DNA of 55,896 bases, counting the filler, from Basidiobolus ranarum (Eukaryota): NCBI GenBank assembly GCA_040143965.1. It is 2 parts of 2 records of this genome, joined end to end, with 100 filler letters (N's around TTAATTAATTAA, not from the genome) between each part and the next. Parts side by side here need not be neighbours in the genome. Positions count along the whole stretch, not along the records: positions 28,109 to 55,896 come from JASJQH010000119.1; 1 more part is not named here. The stretch is one strand, 5' to 3'. The stretch's first letter is position 1; every line of letters starts with the position of its first letter. A program made the position numbers and the translations under genes. The notes beneath the pieces are model-generated. The model was not told the origin of the DNA. It did not search any database and saw only the letters and a list, made by a program, of their open reading frames with translations. Of the stretch, positions 35,829 to 48,930 are shown one piece after another.

Positions 35829-36275
35829 CTAAAATAACAAATACAGCTTCCGAGTGAAATGAAATTGATAGAAATCCCTCTTTTACTCGAAGTCACTCTC
35901 TTTTCTATTGTCATTGACTTTGAATTTTTTTTTTTCTTCTTGATTTTGTAAGTCGGCATCTTGTCAAAATAATTCTTGATAATTCATGATAATATTGGAG
36001 TTTGGTCTAAATATTCTTACTGATTTGAGACTGCTATACATGTTACGAGTTTTGAGATTTTTGATTTGATTAATCGTTCGATTAATTCTTCTCGGGTAAC
36101 TGATTTATTCGTGAAGTTTGGATGATTCTAACAATACGGTCATTGGCTTGAGGGCCAATGAAAGAACCAAAATCAAGACTAAACTTATAGATTCCATTTC
36201 AAGTCTGTCAGAGTGACCGGGATCAAGTTTAACAAATACTCGTACTCACAACATACCTCTACAGCCTATTTTCTA

Positions 36276-37960
36276 ATGGAGTTTCAACCTGGTGAACGTG
36301 AAAGATTTGGGGAAATCTTCAACTCTTTAAACCCCGTAAACGGTTACCTTTCGGGTTAGCATACTTATTTCTTCATGTAACTCGCGGATTGTTTAAAAAC
36401 TCTTTTATATTTACCTATTTGTACACTACGTACAGGAGAACAAGCACGAAATGTATTCTTGGAATCAGGCTTGAACGTTTCTATCCTCGAAAAAATTTGG
36501 TAAGATATATACTCTTAAAAACCTTCATCACGCTTGACGTTTTTCTTTGAAGCTAAACATTTACCCTCTCCGACTTCATCTGGTTCATCCTTGAAGGGAT
36601 CTTGCTGATATGGATAAGGATGGTGCCATGACTTTTGATGAGTTCGCTGTTGCAATGAAATTTATTTACGAGTCGATAAATGGCCAGCCACTTCCTAATT
36701 CCGTTCCCTCTGGTTTGCTTCCTCGTAGTAATAATTTAAGTAGTCCAAATAACTCTTACTCTGGGTATCAAAATACTTCAGTTCCTTCTCCACAAACCTA
36801 TGGCATGGTATGGGGTTCTTTAGGTCAATGTATACGGTGTTTGCTTATACTAACTCATACTATTTTCAGGGTAGTCAAGGAACCGATGCTTTCGATTGGA
36901 ACGTGCCTTTGTCCGATAAATTCGCTTACGAAAGTATCTTTACCAAGTACACCGATGATGGACAATATGTAGCCGGTATGTGAACAGTAGATCAAGTTTT
37001 ACGTTACAATCATAGCATGTATAGAAATAGAAGATTAATTTGAAGGTGTTTAGGTAATCATCTTGACGAGTTGTTTCAATCTTTCAACCTCTCTAACGAT
37101 GAGATCTACGCTGCCTGGTATGTATCATCTAAAGATTCACATAATGAAATCCATTCACCTCACTAAAGCTCGTTACAGGCAACTTGTTGATGTTAAGAAT
37201 GTGCAGCAACTGAACAAAGAACAATTCATCACATTCTTACATATTATCAATCACTTGAGAAAGGGACTTGCTCTCCCTCAACAATGCCCCCAGAGGACCA
37301 TCAATGGGTTCAAACTTGACGGTAATAACAACTCTCGTTCCTTGTTGGATACACCTCCACAGTCTATGAATAGGAATAAGCCTCTTGACGCCGGAAGAGT
37401 TGGTTCCACACCATCTAAAATCGCCAAAAATGCTGTTTTGGCAGAGAGCTATTTGACTCGAGTTGGAGCTAGCTCAGCTATTGGACGTTCATGTAAGATA
37501 CCCTATTTTAATTTATCTTTTAGAAAGCATGACGACTAATTCCATCATCACAGCCACCTTTACAAGTGGATCCAAATACAAGGTATCCGACGAAGAGGAG
37601 AAACTCCAAAAAGAACTCGCGGAATTGGAGCGATCAATCGAGGAAAAACAAAAAGAAAGAGACCTGAATGCCAAAGTATACAGTGAATCTACCAACTCCA
37701 AAGTAAAGGACCAACTTCAAGCGTTATACAAGTTTAAACAGCTAGAGCTTGCAAATAAAAAAGAATTAGTCGAGAATGTGGATGGTAATTCGGATCAAAC
37801 TACCCGTCAAATGCAACTAGATCGAAGAGCGATAGACGAGCTAAAGATGAACATTCGTAATCTTAAAAATCAAAAGCAATCTTTGGAATCACATATCAAC
37901 TCTACTCAACAAGAATTGGAAAAGGTTTTGAAGGAAATTGAAATGCAGAAATCCACTTGA
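36276..37960 (+). CDS. END3: EH-domain endocytic protein End3 (multi-exon)
   Basis: Two EH domains (LEKIWDLADMDKDGAMTFDEFAVAM; FDWNVPLSDKFAYESIF) and a C-terminal coiled coil (EEEKLQKELAELE...LQALYKFK). Confidence 0.88.
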
Positions 37961-38602
37961 TATTGGTCACCATTTAATCTATAAACACTTTTATATAAAC
38001 AAGTTCTTGCTTCCTCTTTGCCTTCTTGAGTATATTTGTTACACTCGATACAGGAATGATGCAAATTAAATTGCTCATATATTCCTACTAAAACATGGTC
38101 ACTTAAATGCTAGTTCGTAATTCTAGCACCGTTTTAGCTGAACCCGAAGCAATAATGCCATCCAATATTGTAACTACATACAGTTCATAATTAGTACATA
38201 TGCTTTAGCCCTATTCTTTTGAACTGTATTTCACCAAAGATAGTTCTTCTGGTGCTTTCAATCTACTTTATACGTGCTTAGTGCTGTTCTGTTACACTTT
38301 CTACTTTACTCTTTTACTGAACAAATTAAGTTTGAGCCCCTATTTGAGCTCTTTTCGATATCTGTAAGCTTAGACTCTATCCTGATAACTAGGTATATGT
38401 ACTATATAGATATGTTGATCGAGATGAGCATATATCCGCATTCATAATTATCCATAAATTACTAATTTCACATAATCATATAAATCTCGGCCATAAATAT
38501 AAGGGGCTTTAATAAGGGTCCATATTTTATGAACCTAAACCCCCCTCCTCCGATATTGAAAATGGTTACAGCTTGAGAAACGACTTTAGATGGTTGCAGG
38601 TC

Positions 38603-40726
38603 ATGAATTCTTCGTCAACTAACCAAAAACAAGAACCGATAGACTTGGACTTTGGAGATTTCTGTACAAATTTCGAAGAGACTGAAGAGTTTGACGGATT
38701 TTTTGCTACCCAAAAAAGTACTAACATTGAAGGAATCTCACTTCATAATAGTGATAGCAGTAATAATAAGGGTACCTCTAATGGAATAGAGAGGTTTCCC
38801 TCGCTTTCATCAGAAGTTAGGGATACTTCTAAAAACTCTTTAATGGATTTTGCCCTCCCTATAACTCAGAAAGTAGTTGAAACTTCCAAGTCTGATATTT
38901 TCTCTTCTACTGCTAGTACCACAAATACTTTCAACCTTCTTGATGATGACTGGTCGTTGGATTTTCATAGTAAAGGTACTTTTGATACCATAAATGTTGT
39001 CAAGCTTATTGTTTGGTCACAACATTGATCCATACAGATTCAACCTTTAAAGCTAACACCTTATTCAAATATAGGTAGCATGAGTGATTTAAGCAACTTG
39101 GTAACTAAAAGTAAACTCACCTCGGAAAAAGTGGCACCAATACTTTCCAAGTCCCTTTTACCAAACACCTTTCCTCTTGGAGAACACCTGAAGAAATATA
39201 CGAATACCCTACTAGATACAAACGATTCCAGAGAAATCTCCACTACACATGATTTTGGGGATTTTACTTCGCACGATACTGACGCTGAAACTCACGGATT
39301 TGAAGAGTTTTTCGATAGTAGTAATTCAACTTTAAGTCAAGACGAGAACTCGAAAATCCCCGATTTAATGAATATGAGTACAGAATTACTTTCGCCTAAA
39401 GTCACCCAAATCAAATCATCTTTAATTGACTTTGATGATGATTTTTTGGATGTTAGTAAACCAACCAAGGTTGACAAGAATTCGGCTCATTTACTTGATA
39501 TATCTAACAGTCTTGGAAGTGAACCTCACCTTCTCAATTTTATTGATTGGAACGGATCAGACTCTAAAACTCACACTCACTCCCACCTATCCAACGTACC
39601 CATTGTAAAAAATTCCGTTAATGATATCACTCCAGTGCCGAAGCAAATTGAAACGATAAAAAATTCCACCCACGATGAAACGGAGTCAGATTTTGGAAGT
39701 TTCTCTAGTTACACACTAAACAATAAAGAATCATTTGGTTCGTTGTTTAATGAAGTAGCACCACAACCGTTAGAAAAGGAGAACCCGTTATCAAACAGAG
39801 TTCCTACCGTTTCTAAAAAAAGCGAAATCATGGAAGAGATACTTTCATTTGCGATTCCTATAGATGATACTTTTGACGAAATCGATGAGGTAAGTCTTGG
39901 TTATTTTGTAGGTAGATTGTATTGAATAAGATGCCAATTCTAAATCCGCTCTTCTACGTTTAGAAATTTCTCTTTGAACCTAGTCTGATACGTGGGAAAT
40001 GGAATACTACTCTCTCCACAATATTTGATACAATTCCATCGACTACTTCCCTTGAAGACTTGACATCGAATAGAGAAATGTGGGTTTACTTTCAAGTATT
40101 TATTTGATTTATTCTCATCTAATATTGTTCAACTGTTGCCAGCAATGAACCCATAGAAGTCCCCTCATTTGTCACCAATTCTTCCAAAGAGAGTCAAGAT
40201 TTTCAATGGGAAAATTCGGTTAATGAAGAGAAACATCTTGCTAGTTTGAATTTGAAGAAAACGGTAAATTGATTTTTTAACCCATGATTGGTAAATATTC
40301 ACATCTGATTCGTGATTTAGAAAAAGAAAGTCCGCAAAACAGAAACTCTTGTAGTACAAGAATTAATTCCTGTCTTGGTAAGTCTCAATCTTTAGTTTTG
40401 GTTAGTGATAGTTTATTAAATGGACTTGTTGACTTTACTAGGTGCCAGATGTTTTGATTGAAACTGACGCTCATACTACCTCCTCCGCAAGACAATCAAC
40501 TGAGTTACACGCCCCTTCTCTTACTTTGTCACTTTCTGACTCCCAATTATCGGAATATTTCACCAAGGAAAGCGATATTACGAGCAAAAAAAGGTCAAGC
40601 GGAAGCAAATTTCCGATAGGTCAAAGTATACTGAACATGTTTAATCCGTCCACCAAAAAAGATAAATCCAAACTAATGACGAGCGTAAATTTCGATGTCT
40701 TTGACGCATCCGAGATTTTCACTTAA
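38603..40726 (+). CDS. Largely disordered acidic protein with DFGxF and clathrin-box-like motifs (aftiphilin/gamma-synergin-like adaptor accessory, multi-exon)
   Basis: DFGDF twice, DFGSF, EFDGF, GFEEF; LMDFA, LLDDD, LIDFD, LLDIS; consistent GT-AG exon chain. Confidence 0.7.
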
Positions 40727-40940
40727 TATGATACATAATCGACCATATTACTTACATTTTTCTAATAGCGTGTCATATTTGTATAATAACAGTAGGTTAG
40801 AAGATTCCTCCACTGTATACAATAAATCAATTTTACCATCCAAGTGATGACGTATGAAATGATGTGGAATTCTACAAGGATGAATTATTGGATTGTAGCG
40901 TGGAACTTGTTTAGAGTATAACCAGGCTTTTTTATTCATC

Positions 40941-42902
40941 ATGTCGCGAATAAGTGAACGGTTCGATCCCTCTTCCTTACCTCTAGAAAAACGATATCAT
41001 CCCGAGAACCCTTCTACACAGTGGGGTCATATCCAGTCACCTTATCCCACGAACGCCTGGTGGGAGAATCTGGTACTCAATAGCACGAAAGAAACCATTA
41101 CACCATACCCATATCATGTTCGAGCTGGTTTAAACGAAATATCTATATGTTATCCTACTCGAGAAGTACACGATACATATATCTTTAGTCCCTTTCACGA
41201 AGACTGGATTTTAACTCTCGAAGGAATTGAAAAGAGTGGAGTCATCTACCATGACGAACTATCAGTAGCGGTTGATTACGTTGGTAAAGAAGGGAGAAAT
41301 CTACGAGCTTGGTTTGTTAAAGGAACTCCATATCAAAGTTTTTACGTTACCAAAGGTTCACCGATTCTGAAAACCATTCATGCTATTATTGAAGTATTCC
41401 CATTCCCAGATAACAAGAGAATTTTAATTCATCTAAATAATGGACAATATTGGTGTATCTTTACCGAAGTACCCGTTCATTGGGAACATAATATGAATCA
41501 ACTTTATACTACATCAAGTTTCAACGGATATCTCAGGTTAGCGTATGTACCGCCTCAAATCGAAACCAACTTTCAAGTATTAAGTGACTATTCCACTTGT
41601 ATTCCGATAGGTGGACATGTGACCTATGAGATGCTTCAAGAGGATATAAAGATTCAGTTTGAGTTCTTAACCTTTGGAGAAGGTAGATTACTGATGTTAA
41701 CATTGCCCCATCATAAAGATATATTGGTGAATCCTCGGTTCGTAAATATGTCGGGGTTTACCTGTATTAAAGGAGCCATGATGGCGATAGAAGGAACCTC
41801 TTGGAGTGTAAGAGAACCTCAGATAAAGATCGGATGGTTCTCAGATCGACCCATTGATCAAGAATATTTGGAAATCATTGGAAACAGCCTAATGAAAGAT
41901 GTAGAAAGTAATACTAGTTCTCTCGCCATAGATCCATACTTCTTTGGTAAAGGAGTAGCGAAAATAGCTAGACTGGCACTTATCGCAGAACAAATAGGCA
42001 GATTGGAATTACTTGAAAAAATCCTTGATAACTTGAAAAGAGCACTTGTACCTTGGTTCACAGGAAAAAATCAGAATCCTTTGGTATACGATCTTACTTG
42101 GAAAGGGATCATTTCTCGGAATGGCATCAACGATCGTGGTGCAGATTTTGGAAATGGATGGTATAATGATCATCATTATCACTACGGATATTTCATTTAT
42201 GCCTGTGCAGTCATCGGACGTTATGAAAAATCATGGTTGAATGAATATCGAATTCCCATCTTAGCTTTACTCAAAGATTACGCTAATCCAGTTAGTGGAG
42301 ATCCTATGTTCCCCAAGTTTCGTCATAAGGATATGTATGATGGACATTCTTGGGCATCTGGATTATTTGAATTTGCTGACGCGAGAAATCAAGAATCTAC
42401 CTCGGAAGCGGTGAATGCATACTACGCTGTATATCTCTTAGGTTTAGCGTGGCATGATCCCGAACTTCAAGGAGCTGGACAATTTCTTTTAACTTCTGAG
42501 ATTAGGTCCTCTCGCTTCTATTGGCAAATGGGTGATTCTACCAATATATATGATCGGAAATTTCGGGTCAACAAATGCGTTGGTATTCTATGGGGATGTA
42601 AAGTGGATTATGCTACTTGGTTTGGAAATCTTCCCGAGTATATTCATTGTATTCAATTTCTTCCATTCACTCCCATTACTAGAGCCTTGCTTTTACCATC
42701 TTGGTTAGTTGAAGAGAGAGAAATATTGAACTTGATTTTAAGTAGAAAATCCCCGATGGTAGAAGCTAAATGGGTAGCATATATCCTTATGGCATTAGGA
42801 ATCATAGATAAGAAGATGGCTACTAAGAAAATGTTAGAAGTAAAGGAATTCGATGATGGAAATACTATGACTAATTCATGGTATTGGCTTAGTACCTGTT
42901 AA
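40941..42902 (+). CDS. Endo-1,3-beta-glucanase, glycoside hydrolase family 81, intronless, no signal peptide
   Basis: PTNAWWENL; DFGNGWYNDHHYHYGY; GHSWASGL; RNQESTSEAVNAY (catalytic ExxxE); HCIQFLPFTP. Confidence 0.95.
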   Translation: MSRISERFDPSSLPLEKRYHPENPSTQWGHIQSPYPTNAWWENLVLNSTKETITPYPYHVRAGLNEISICYPTREVHDTYIFSPFHEDWILTLEGIEKSGVIYHDELSVAVDYVGKEGRNLRAWFVKGTPYQSFYVTKGSPILKTIHAIIEVFPFPDNKRILIHLNNGQYWCIFTEVPVHWEHNMNQLYTTSSFNGYLRLAYVPPQIETNFQVLSDYSTCIPIGGHVTYEMLQEDIKIQFEFLTFGEGRLLMLTLPHHKDILVNPRFVNMSGFTCIKGAMMAIEGTSWSVREPQIKIGWFSDRPIDQEYLEIIGNSLMKDVESNTSSLAIDPYFFGKGVAKIARLALIAEQIGRLELLEKILDNLKRALVPWFTGKNQNPLVYDLTWKGIISRNGINDRGADFGNGWYNDHHYHYGYFIYACAVIGRYEKSWLNEYRIPILALLKDYANPVSGDPMFPKFRHKDMYDGHSWASGLFEFADARNQESTSEAVNAYYAVYLLGLAWHDPELQGAGQFLLTSEIRSSRFYWQMGDSTNIYDRKFRVNKCVGILWGCKVDYATWFGNLPEYIHCIQFLPFTPITRALLLPSWLVEEREILNLILSRKSPMVEAKWVAYILMALGIIDKKMATKKMLEVKEFDDGNTMTNSWYWLSTC

Positions 42903-43428
42903 ATTCCCGAATTCTACCCTATCTAGTTCATTAAATCACCAGAATTATTTCAAATAGTGCTTTCTCCCATTGGGATTTATCTAGTTAGTTTAATGTGTAT
43001 ATATGCTAAACAAACCATGAATATCAAGTGCGAACCATTACAATTAATTAAAATTTAAGTGGAATCAATCGATTAATCGGTGAATACCAATGAGCTTCTA
43101 TATACATAGATGTAGTCAACCAATGGACTACTATAATGGTTCCCAGCACATCAAAAGAGAATACTCATGTATAAATATACGCACATACTAAATATAATCG
43201 GGAAGATGGAGAGGGAGGGGCCCTAACGCTTTGAATACTTGGGATTAGAATAATCAGTTTGAGAGTGCTGCGAGTCGGAGTCATTTTCTAGGAATGATAC
43301 TCGGTGTAATTCCTTAAGAAAAAAAAAAGGTAAATATTAAGAAGTAAGCAATCAGAATATTGTAAATTTACGTACTGTTTCCATGTTCTAGTGAAAGATA
43401 GGTAGAGAGAAGATTGGTTAATCCCTTC

Positions 43429-45655
43429 TTACATTGAGAGGGTTGAAGATCGAGATAAACTTACTGTAATGCCATCCATAGGTGAGTCCAACATCTCTAG
43501 TCCACTCTCTTTCAATAACTCACTAATCGATGTCTGAGACTTGGATTTTTCTCGTCTTCGTGGTGGAGGTGGATTAAGAGGAGTTATAACGTTTGGAGCA
43601 TCGTCTAACCTCGAAAACCGAGAGGAATTCAATTGATCGAGTGAAATTGAATTATAGGTTTCTCCAGACTGACTGAAAGCACCCAAGTCATATCTGTTCA
43701 TTGAGGAAGGCTTGAGTGGGAAGGATTGTGTGTGAGATTGAGTGTGGACGTGAGAAAGAGTTTGTGAGTGATTGATTTGCTCTGACTTCGAGTTACTAGT
43801 ACTAATGTTTCGAGGTGTGGATGATAAAGAGCCATTCCGGTTTCGTTGTAGAATAGCGGCATATGTAGCAGTATCTTCAGTTCCTCGAATAGAAAGAATA
43901 GCAAATACCGGACTGAATAGAGCTAGCTGTGACAACGTATTGAAGGTTAGGATTAGAACGTTGCCAGTTATACTGGTCATCAAACGTCTATTGCCAAGAA
44001 ATTGTGAAACCGCTTCTGACGTAAATCCTATAACTGCAAATACAAGGAGTAATGCCAACTACATATCCAATCTTGTTAGCTAAAATCCATTGAAAATGGT
44101 TCATTAATGGTTACGGTAATCACCTTTTCCAAACTGACTCGTGTACGTGAAGTCATCGGGAACGCCTTCATACCACGGTTGTACATCATAGCTGAATGGG
44201 AAACTTTAAGTAAGGATATATTTTCCCAATAGATAGGGCGAAGAAGTTACTGAAATAAACTTACCGTAGTAAAAGAACATAAAGGCTTGCAGAGTAATCA
44301 ACAATGGCAAGTAAACGGAATTGATAACTCCACGAACTATCTCCAATTGCTCAAAAGTCACCATGATACAAACGATGTTCAAAATAGTAATAGCCACGTA
44401 GTTGATCATTACGAAGATGATCAAGTAGAAAGAGGTCTTAAAGAGCACATTAGGGAATAATTTGGAAATGATTTGCCCCCTTAAGAAAGATATAAGTCAA
44501 CAGAAATGCGAATCTCTAGATTGTGTACATACCATTTGAACTGGACAGTACTGTAGGCACTGAAGCCTATTAGCCACGCAATACTGGCAACAATTTGGAT
44601 ACCCTTGTATTGTCCACGAACAGCAAGAGATACCAGAGATGCTAGTTTTCTGTTAGTCCTCATAAGGAAAGTCATACTGAGCAAAGAAAACGCTACATAC
44701 AGTTGAGAACTACTAAAGCAGCTATGTAAAGAATAATACGAGTATCAAACTGCCATCCTTCCTGATAAAACAGGTTGATCAACTGATAAAAAGCGTAGAT
44801 CAAGGCGAAAAATGTCTAATGAAGTTCAATTAGTTTGGGTAACAGTACAAGAGCAAAGATCAACGGATCTTACCAATACGAAGAGAGACCAACGATGCAA
44901 AGCAAGTCGATATGAAGTACCCTCTACGTTCCATACACCAGGATCTATTTCATTTATATCGCGTTAGTATCGATGCTTCAGTAGAGTGAATGATGTTTCT
45001 ATTATCCAACCTTGTGTTATTGTAGCAATATACGGAGTAGGACCTACAGTTTTCTGAACCAACATGTCACCAACAGACTTGCTTACTAAAGCCAAATTAA
45101 TGGTTCTCAGATTGTTTATTCTGCCATTGTAAGGTTCTTGTGGACCACCAAACTCTACTTCTTGAGGACCAGCAGAAGAAAATAGAGCTACAGTCAGTTT
45201 TGGTAAGCGGTTATTTTCCAAGACTAAAGCGAAATCTTCAAGCTGTTGAACTACCTATATCACCAATAGTGAAGTGTTAAGTAAATACATTACAAATGGG
45301 GAAGTGAAGAAAAACGTACTGCTGAAAACCCATAACAACTGCTTGCCAATAATTCCTCTGTATGAACAAAAAGTACTGTTCCAGTTACTTGCTCTTGTGA
45401 GCCAGTTGGCCAAGTGAGAGTGGGCAAGATTGTTGAAAGCTTGCACCTGACATTCCCTTCAAATTGAGCTTTGACAAACACTCCCGAAAAACTGTAATAA
45501 TTAGGGGAAGTGACAGAGGCATTCTTTTGAAAGTTTCCATAGAAGTCATAGGAAGGGAATGTAGCATTATTGACCACAAATTTCGCTTGGGATATGATAG
45601 AAAAACATACAAGGAAAATACAAAGAGTAGAGAAGGGGTAATATAAAGACCTCAT
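43429..45655 (-). CDS. Signal peptide + extracellular domain + ~7TM membrane protein (orphan receptor-like, multi-exon)
   Basis: MRSLYYPFSTLCIFLVCFSIISQA signal peptide; ~200-aa ectodomain ending TQDPGVWN; about seven hydrophobic segments; Ser-rich cytoplasmic tail. Confidence 0.8.
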
Positions 45656-46949
45656 TAGAACATACTGCAACCAAGCAAGGATAAGTTCCTCCCGGATTTT
45701 ATTAGTCTTAGGATCCAAAGATATTTTTCATCATGAGAACCGGTTCTCACCACTCGAACAATTTGATTGGACTGTCGCAGTCAAAAGTAACGAGTAACGA
45801 AAAAGGAGTTTTTGTAGAAGTTGTATAGACTCCCCGATCAGGCATATGATTTAGCTAAAATAGCTATCTTGGTGTTCAAAGAGGTTACAGCATATATTTG
45901 TCACGTTGAGATTAAACCAGCGTCTACAGTTAGCTTGACAGTAATCCAGATGAGAAAAACGCAATCGATATACTCGTTTGTTTCAGGTAGCAGGTGAACA
46001 CCAATACTTAAAGAATGAATTGATGTCCATCTAAAGAATTGTACGCGTGTAACCCTTTTCTTCTTTGGCTTCTCCTCAAACCCTAACACAAACTTCATAT
46101 CATCTGATTTGCTAATGAAGATCCCATGCAGGAGTTACTCTGCCTATATTTGGTGCTGTTCAATTTAATACTGCATGGTGATTTGAGGGCGAGACTGTCC
46201 TGAATATTGGAGTTGAATAATAGGGCCACAATCAAGGAAATATACATATATATATCAAACCAGCAATGCATTAATCTAGTGATAGCCGAAATAATCGGCT
46301 AACGTCACTTTTTGAATGCACTATTCAGGAGATATACATTGGGGTATGCCTAGAGGTGATACTAGTACAGCCACCAATAGGGATTAAATTAAGAAGACCA
46401 CCTCAGCATGGTATCTATTTGACACAGATAAAGTTTGACAAAGGGCGCACAGATGAGGAGAAGGTTCACCAGAGGGTTTCGAAAAATAACTGATACAAGA
46501 AAGGAACAGGAGATGTACATTCATGGATAAAGCGAAAAACTTTTAATTAAGTCAAAGATGCTAGTAGTCGAGATTTGCTGTACATTGTGCATGGGAATGT
46601 CCCCCAAACTCCTTCTTGCATCCGTATTCAAAGGCACGGGATTGTGAACAAAATATTGCTGCCTAATGGTAGAGCTGAGGAGTTTTTAGATAGAACGCCA
46701 GTTCAACTTGTATATTTAGGTCGAACAGGTCCCTGAGTACAATACTTTCATAGACCTCTTTGATCGCTGCCCAGACGGTATAGATGAAGGTTTAGAGGTC
46801 TTGTTAGATTGAAGATACAACGTCCCGGGAGAGTGATTGTGATTATCGTTAGTTCGAAAAGTCGTTTTGTATCTAGTGTTTATTGGGCTGGAATATAAAT
46901 TGATTGAAAATATTACATTTAATGAGTCGTTATTGGATAAAGATTTGCG

Positions 46950-48930
46950 CTATGGGGCCATTTCCGATAATAATGCCAAGATTTTATGTTGTTTTGCAAT
47001 CGCATCTTTGTCAGTAGTAGTGAAGAAGAGTGGAACATTAGCCTGTGTAATCCAAAGAGTTAGTTATCAGCAATTGGACAAATGAATGAGAGCAAGTTAC
47101 ATCTTGAAGTGCCTGTTGTTGTTTCTGAATGATTTTGTCCATCTCAGCCACGATGTTTTTGTCTAATGCACGTAACTCTGTAAACAGTCTTCGCTCCAGA
47201 GCCTAACAGGTCACGAATAAATGTCAATTAATCCGAATTGAGAGAAATTCCGGTTCTCACTCACCTCAGCCTCCCGTGGGTCTAATTGTCCCAAGATCTC
47301 TTTGGCGTGTAGTTTATTTCTTTCTTTGTCGTGATCCTCCACCATTCTCTTTCGTTGCTCAAAAAGTTCCTCCTCACGGTCCACCTTGAGATTTAATATT
47401 CAATAAGACCATAATATTTTCAATGGGATGAAGAAGAGATCTACCTGCATTCTACGAATTTGATCTAGCATCGCAAAAATCGTTCCATTTTCGGCAATTT
47501 TACTCAACTCTATTAATACCGCCGGTGATATTGTGGTATTTTTCTTCAGATTTGTTGGTGCAGCAGTAGGTTTGACTGGCTCTAACTGACCTGAGGTTTC
47601 ATAATGACTGTCCCTCTTGGTTTTGTCGATGGGGTAAGGCCTATCTGCAGAGATGTAATCAGCTCGAGGTCCCTTGGGGATTAGAGGATCGTTACTAGGA
47701 TCTGAGAATTCAAAAACTGGAAGCTTATTTTGAATCTTTACACTCGCGGAATAATCAGGCTTCTGGTCCCTGGTACGAGGCAACTTGTGTGGATAGTCTA
47801 TCTCTTTGGGAGGTTGCTCTGATCTTTTACGTCTTTCCTGAGGATTGTATCGTCCGTGATCATCAGGGGATATTTTCTTCTCTTCTCCCAAATAGTCATC
47901 ATATTTTATAACACTACGAGGATCTGAAGGCATTCCATGAGTACTGACCGCATCACGGTCAACATATCCTTTCCCTCGGGAATCATGATGTTTGAGCGAA
48001 TCTTCTCTTGGCGTACGCTCTGCTCGTTGTCGAAAAATGTTAGGTTTCGTACGCTGTTCCGATACCACTCTAGGATTCCTTTGAACTCGAGATACCTGTG
48101 GTTGAAAGATGCTGGGTTTCGGTCTGGTCCTTGGATCTTGGGGTGGTTGTGAGTGAGAAACGGGTATTCCAGCCTTAGCGAGTGAATCATACGACGATGG
48201 TGATTGTGAATTAGATATTGGCTTGATTCGTGGGTCTTGTAATCTTTGTATAGCACTAGGCACTGGAGGTACTCGCGGGTCTTGCGATGGTGAAGGATTG
48301 ATTCTTGGATCTTGTGGTGGAGTTTGAAACTTTTTGAGTGCTGCTAAGATTCCTTCGTAATCAGTCGGTAAACTATCATTGTTATTAGAGGTCTGTGGTG
48401 CCGATGAAGTCGGGTTCAGACCAAAAGTACAACTACTAGTATCTATAAACCCAGAATGTACAGGAGTTGGCAGTTGAGGAATACTAGGCTGTGTTGTTTC
48501 ACTCAATTCATTGAGAACATTTGCTTGTCGTTGATAATCGTTTCTCACTTGTTGAATAAGATCGGGTGATATTGCCGTCAAATCTAGATTGGCAAAGGCT
48601 GATACGTTCAAGTTGGTACTTATGGGTGTCACCTGTGAGGTCTATGAAAAATTGAGCTATAAGACTAGTTCGAAAAATAATAAGCTATCCCATCAGAACT
48701 TACGGAAGGTATCGAACTGAGTGGTATCGCTAATAGCTGAGCAATAGCACTTGGAAGTTGTGCACTCGAATTACTGTTGCCATCATTACTCTAAAAAAAG
48801 TAAAGATTTGTTTCATCGATGAATGGTTAATGGGAATATATTTTAATTGGAAACATAAAATTAATGACTAGTAACCTAGGTATACCTGAGAACCATTCGA
48901 AAAATTAAAGGAAGGATTCGGTTCGTCCAT
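46950..48930 (-). CDS. DUF2458-like protein with Pro-rich region carrying repeated DPR motifs (multi-exon)
   Basis: C-terminal ELRALDKNIVAEMDKIIQKQQQALQDANVPLFFTTTDKDAIAKQHKILALL resembles DUF2458; QDPR four times plus SDPR and NPR. Confidence 0.7.

Noticed and set aside
44205-44222. ATATCCTT on the minus strand resembling an AT-AC U12 donor
   Set aside because: It lies near the 3' end of an ordinary GTAAGT...CAG intron, and the reading frame does not need it.
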